Sequence record: PZ445448.1 | DNA from: a phage | Reading direction: 5' to 3' (one strand) | Length of the DNA stretch: 64,000 bases | Shown here: positions 63,718 to 64,000 of the stretch, in pieces | Numbering within the stretch: the first letter of the stretch is position 1 | How the letters are laid out: each line of letters opens with the position of its first letter | Made by a program: the position numbers and the translations under genes | The notes under the pieces: generated by a model | The model's database searches: none | What the model was told of the DNA's origin: nothing | The model's input: the letters and a program-made list of their open reading frames with translations, nothing else

Positions 63718-64000
63718 GAGTTGCCACACTGTTTATTGCGTGCTTGTTATTATGTGGGTGTGCAACCAGCGTTGAGAGAGAATACAAGATTGACCCTCCG
63801 GATGTAGGAAGGTTGATTGTTAAACCCCCAGAAGGTGCCATGAAACCACCTGCTAAGGCTATGCCTTTGAAGAAAGGTGCGCCAGATGCAGTGAATTCTG
63901 GCATTATGAGGGATAATAATCTGTCTTGTAGCAATGATAGAGCTAAATTGATCATTTTGCAAGACTATATTAGAACACTGTTTCCAAAGGAGAGAGGTTA
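63714..64000 (+). CDS. putative outer-membrane lipoprotein spanin (Rz1-like), 3'-partial at window end
   Basis: signal peptide with lipobox-like LLCGC; Pro-rich mature part; ATGA overlap with i-spanin. Confidence 0.5.
   Translation, partial: MRVATLFIACLLLCGCATSVEREYKIDPPDVGRLIVKPPEGAMKPPAKAMPLKKGAPDAVNSGIMRDNNLSCSNDRAKLIILQDYIRTLFPKERG

Noticed and set aside
1-64000. Integrase, attachment site or other prophage/temperate markers
   Set aside because: No tyrosine or serine recombinase signatures or repressor-operator switch found; gene content fits a virulent phage.

Overview
This window reads as part of a large virulent dsDNA bacteriophage genome. That call is inferred from gene content; every functional call below comes from motifs read by eye in the translations, and no database search was run. 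The host is probably a Gram-negative gammaproteobacterium, given E. coli-like sigma70 promoters (TTGACA-N16-18-TATAAT), strong Shine-Dalgarno sites, and proteins resembling E. coli HPF and the SSB C-terminal tail.

Layout:
(1) 0.1-6.9 kb, plus strand: small acidic proteins, a 408-aa protein ending in the bacterial SSB tail motif, and a macro-domain protein.
(2) 6.9-7.9 kb: gene-poor, repeat-rich spacer.
(3) 7.9-18.5 kb, plus strand: about 30 very small genes, most with their own promoter, a GC hairpin at the predicted 5' end, a CA-rich leader and SD; intrinsic terminators and a 45-bp palindromic element repeated three times lie between them.
(4) 18.5-20.95 kb: a 2.4-kb gene-free region dense with iteron-like and inverted repeats.
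(5) 21-58 kb, minus strand: tandem paralogous small-gene families, an HPF homologue, a nucleotide-metabolism module (PhoH, NrdG, NrdD split by a ~308-bp candidate group I intron, glutaredoxin, NrdB, NrdA, ThyX, dNMP kinase-like), two DNA methyltransferases, ClpP-like peptidase, DEDD exonuclease, endonuclease VII, flap endonuclease, lambda-R-like endolysin, ligase, MazG-like, Sir2 and RNA ligase 1.
(6) 58-64 kb, plus strand: P-loop kinase and metallophosphoesterase (RNA-repair partners), four tandem 21-bp hairpin repeats, two GC-rich structured islands, a tRNA cluster (Arg, Tyr, Ser, Thr, Met, Pro plus a 97-nt tRNA-like element), and an Rz/Rz1-like spanin pair running off the window end.

The strongest candidates for something undescribed are the stereotyped small-gene cassette array at 7.9-18.5 kb and the repeat-dense gene-free region at 18.5-20.95 kb. 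Minus-strand gene coordinates follow the supplied ORF track except where a better start was evident.
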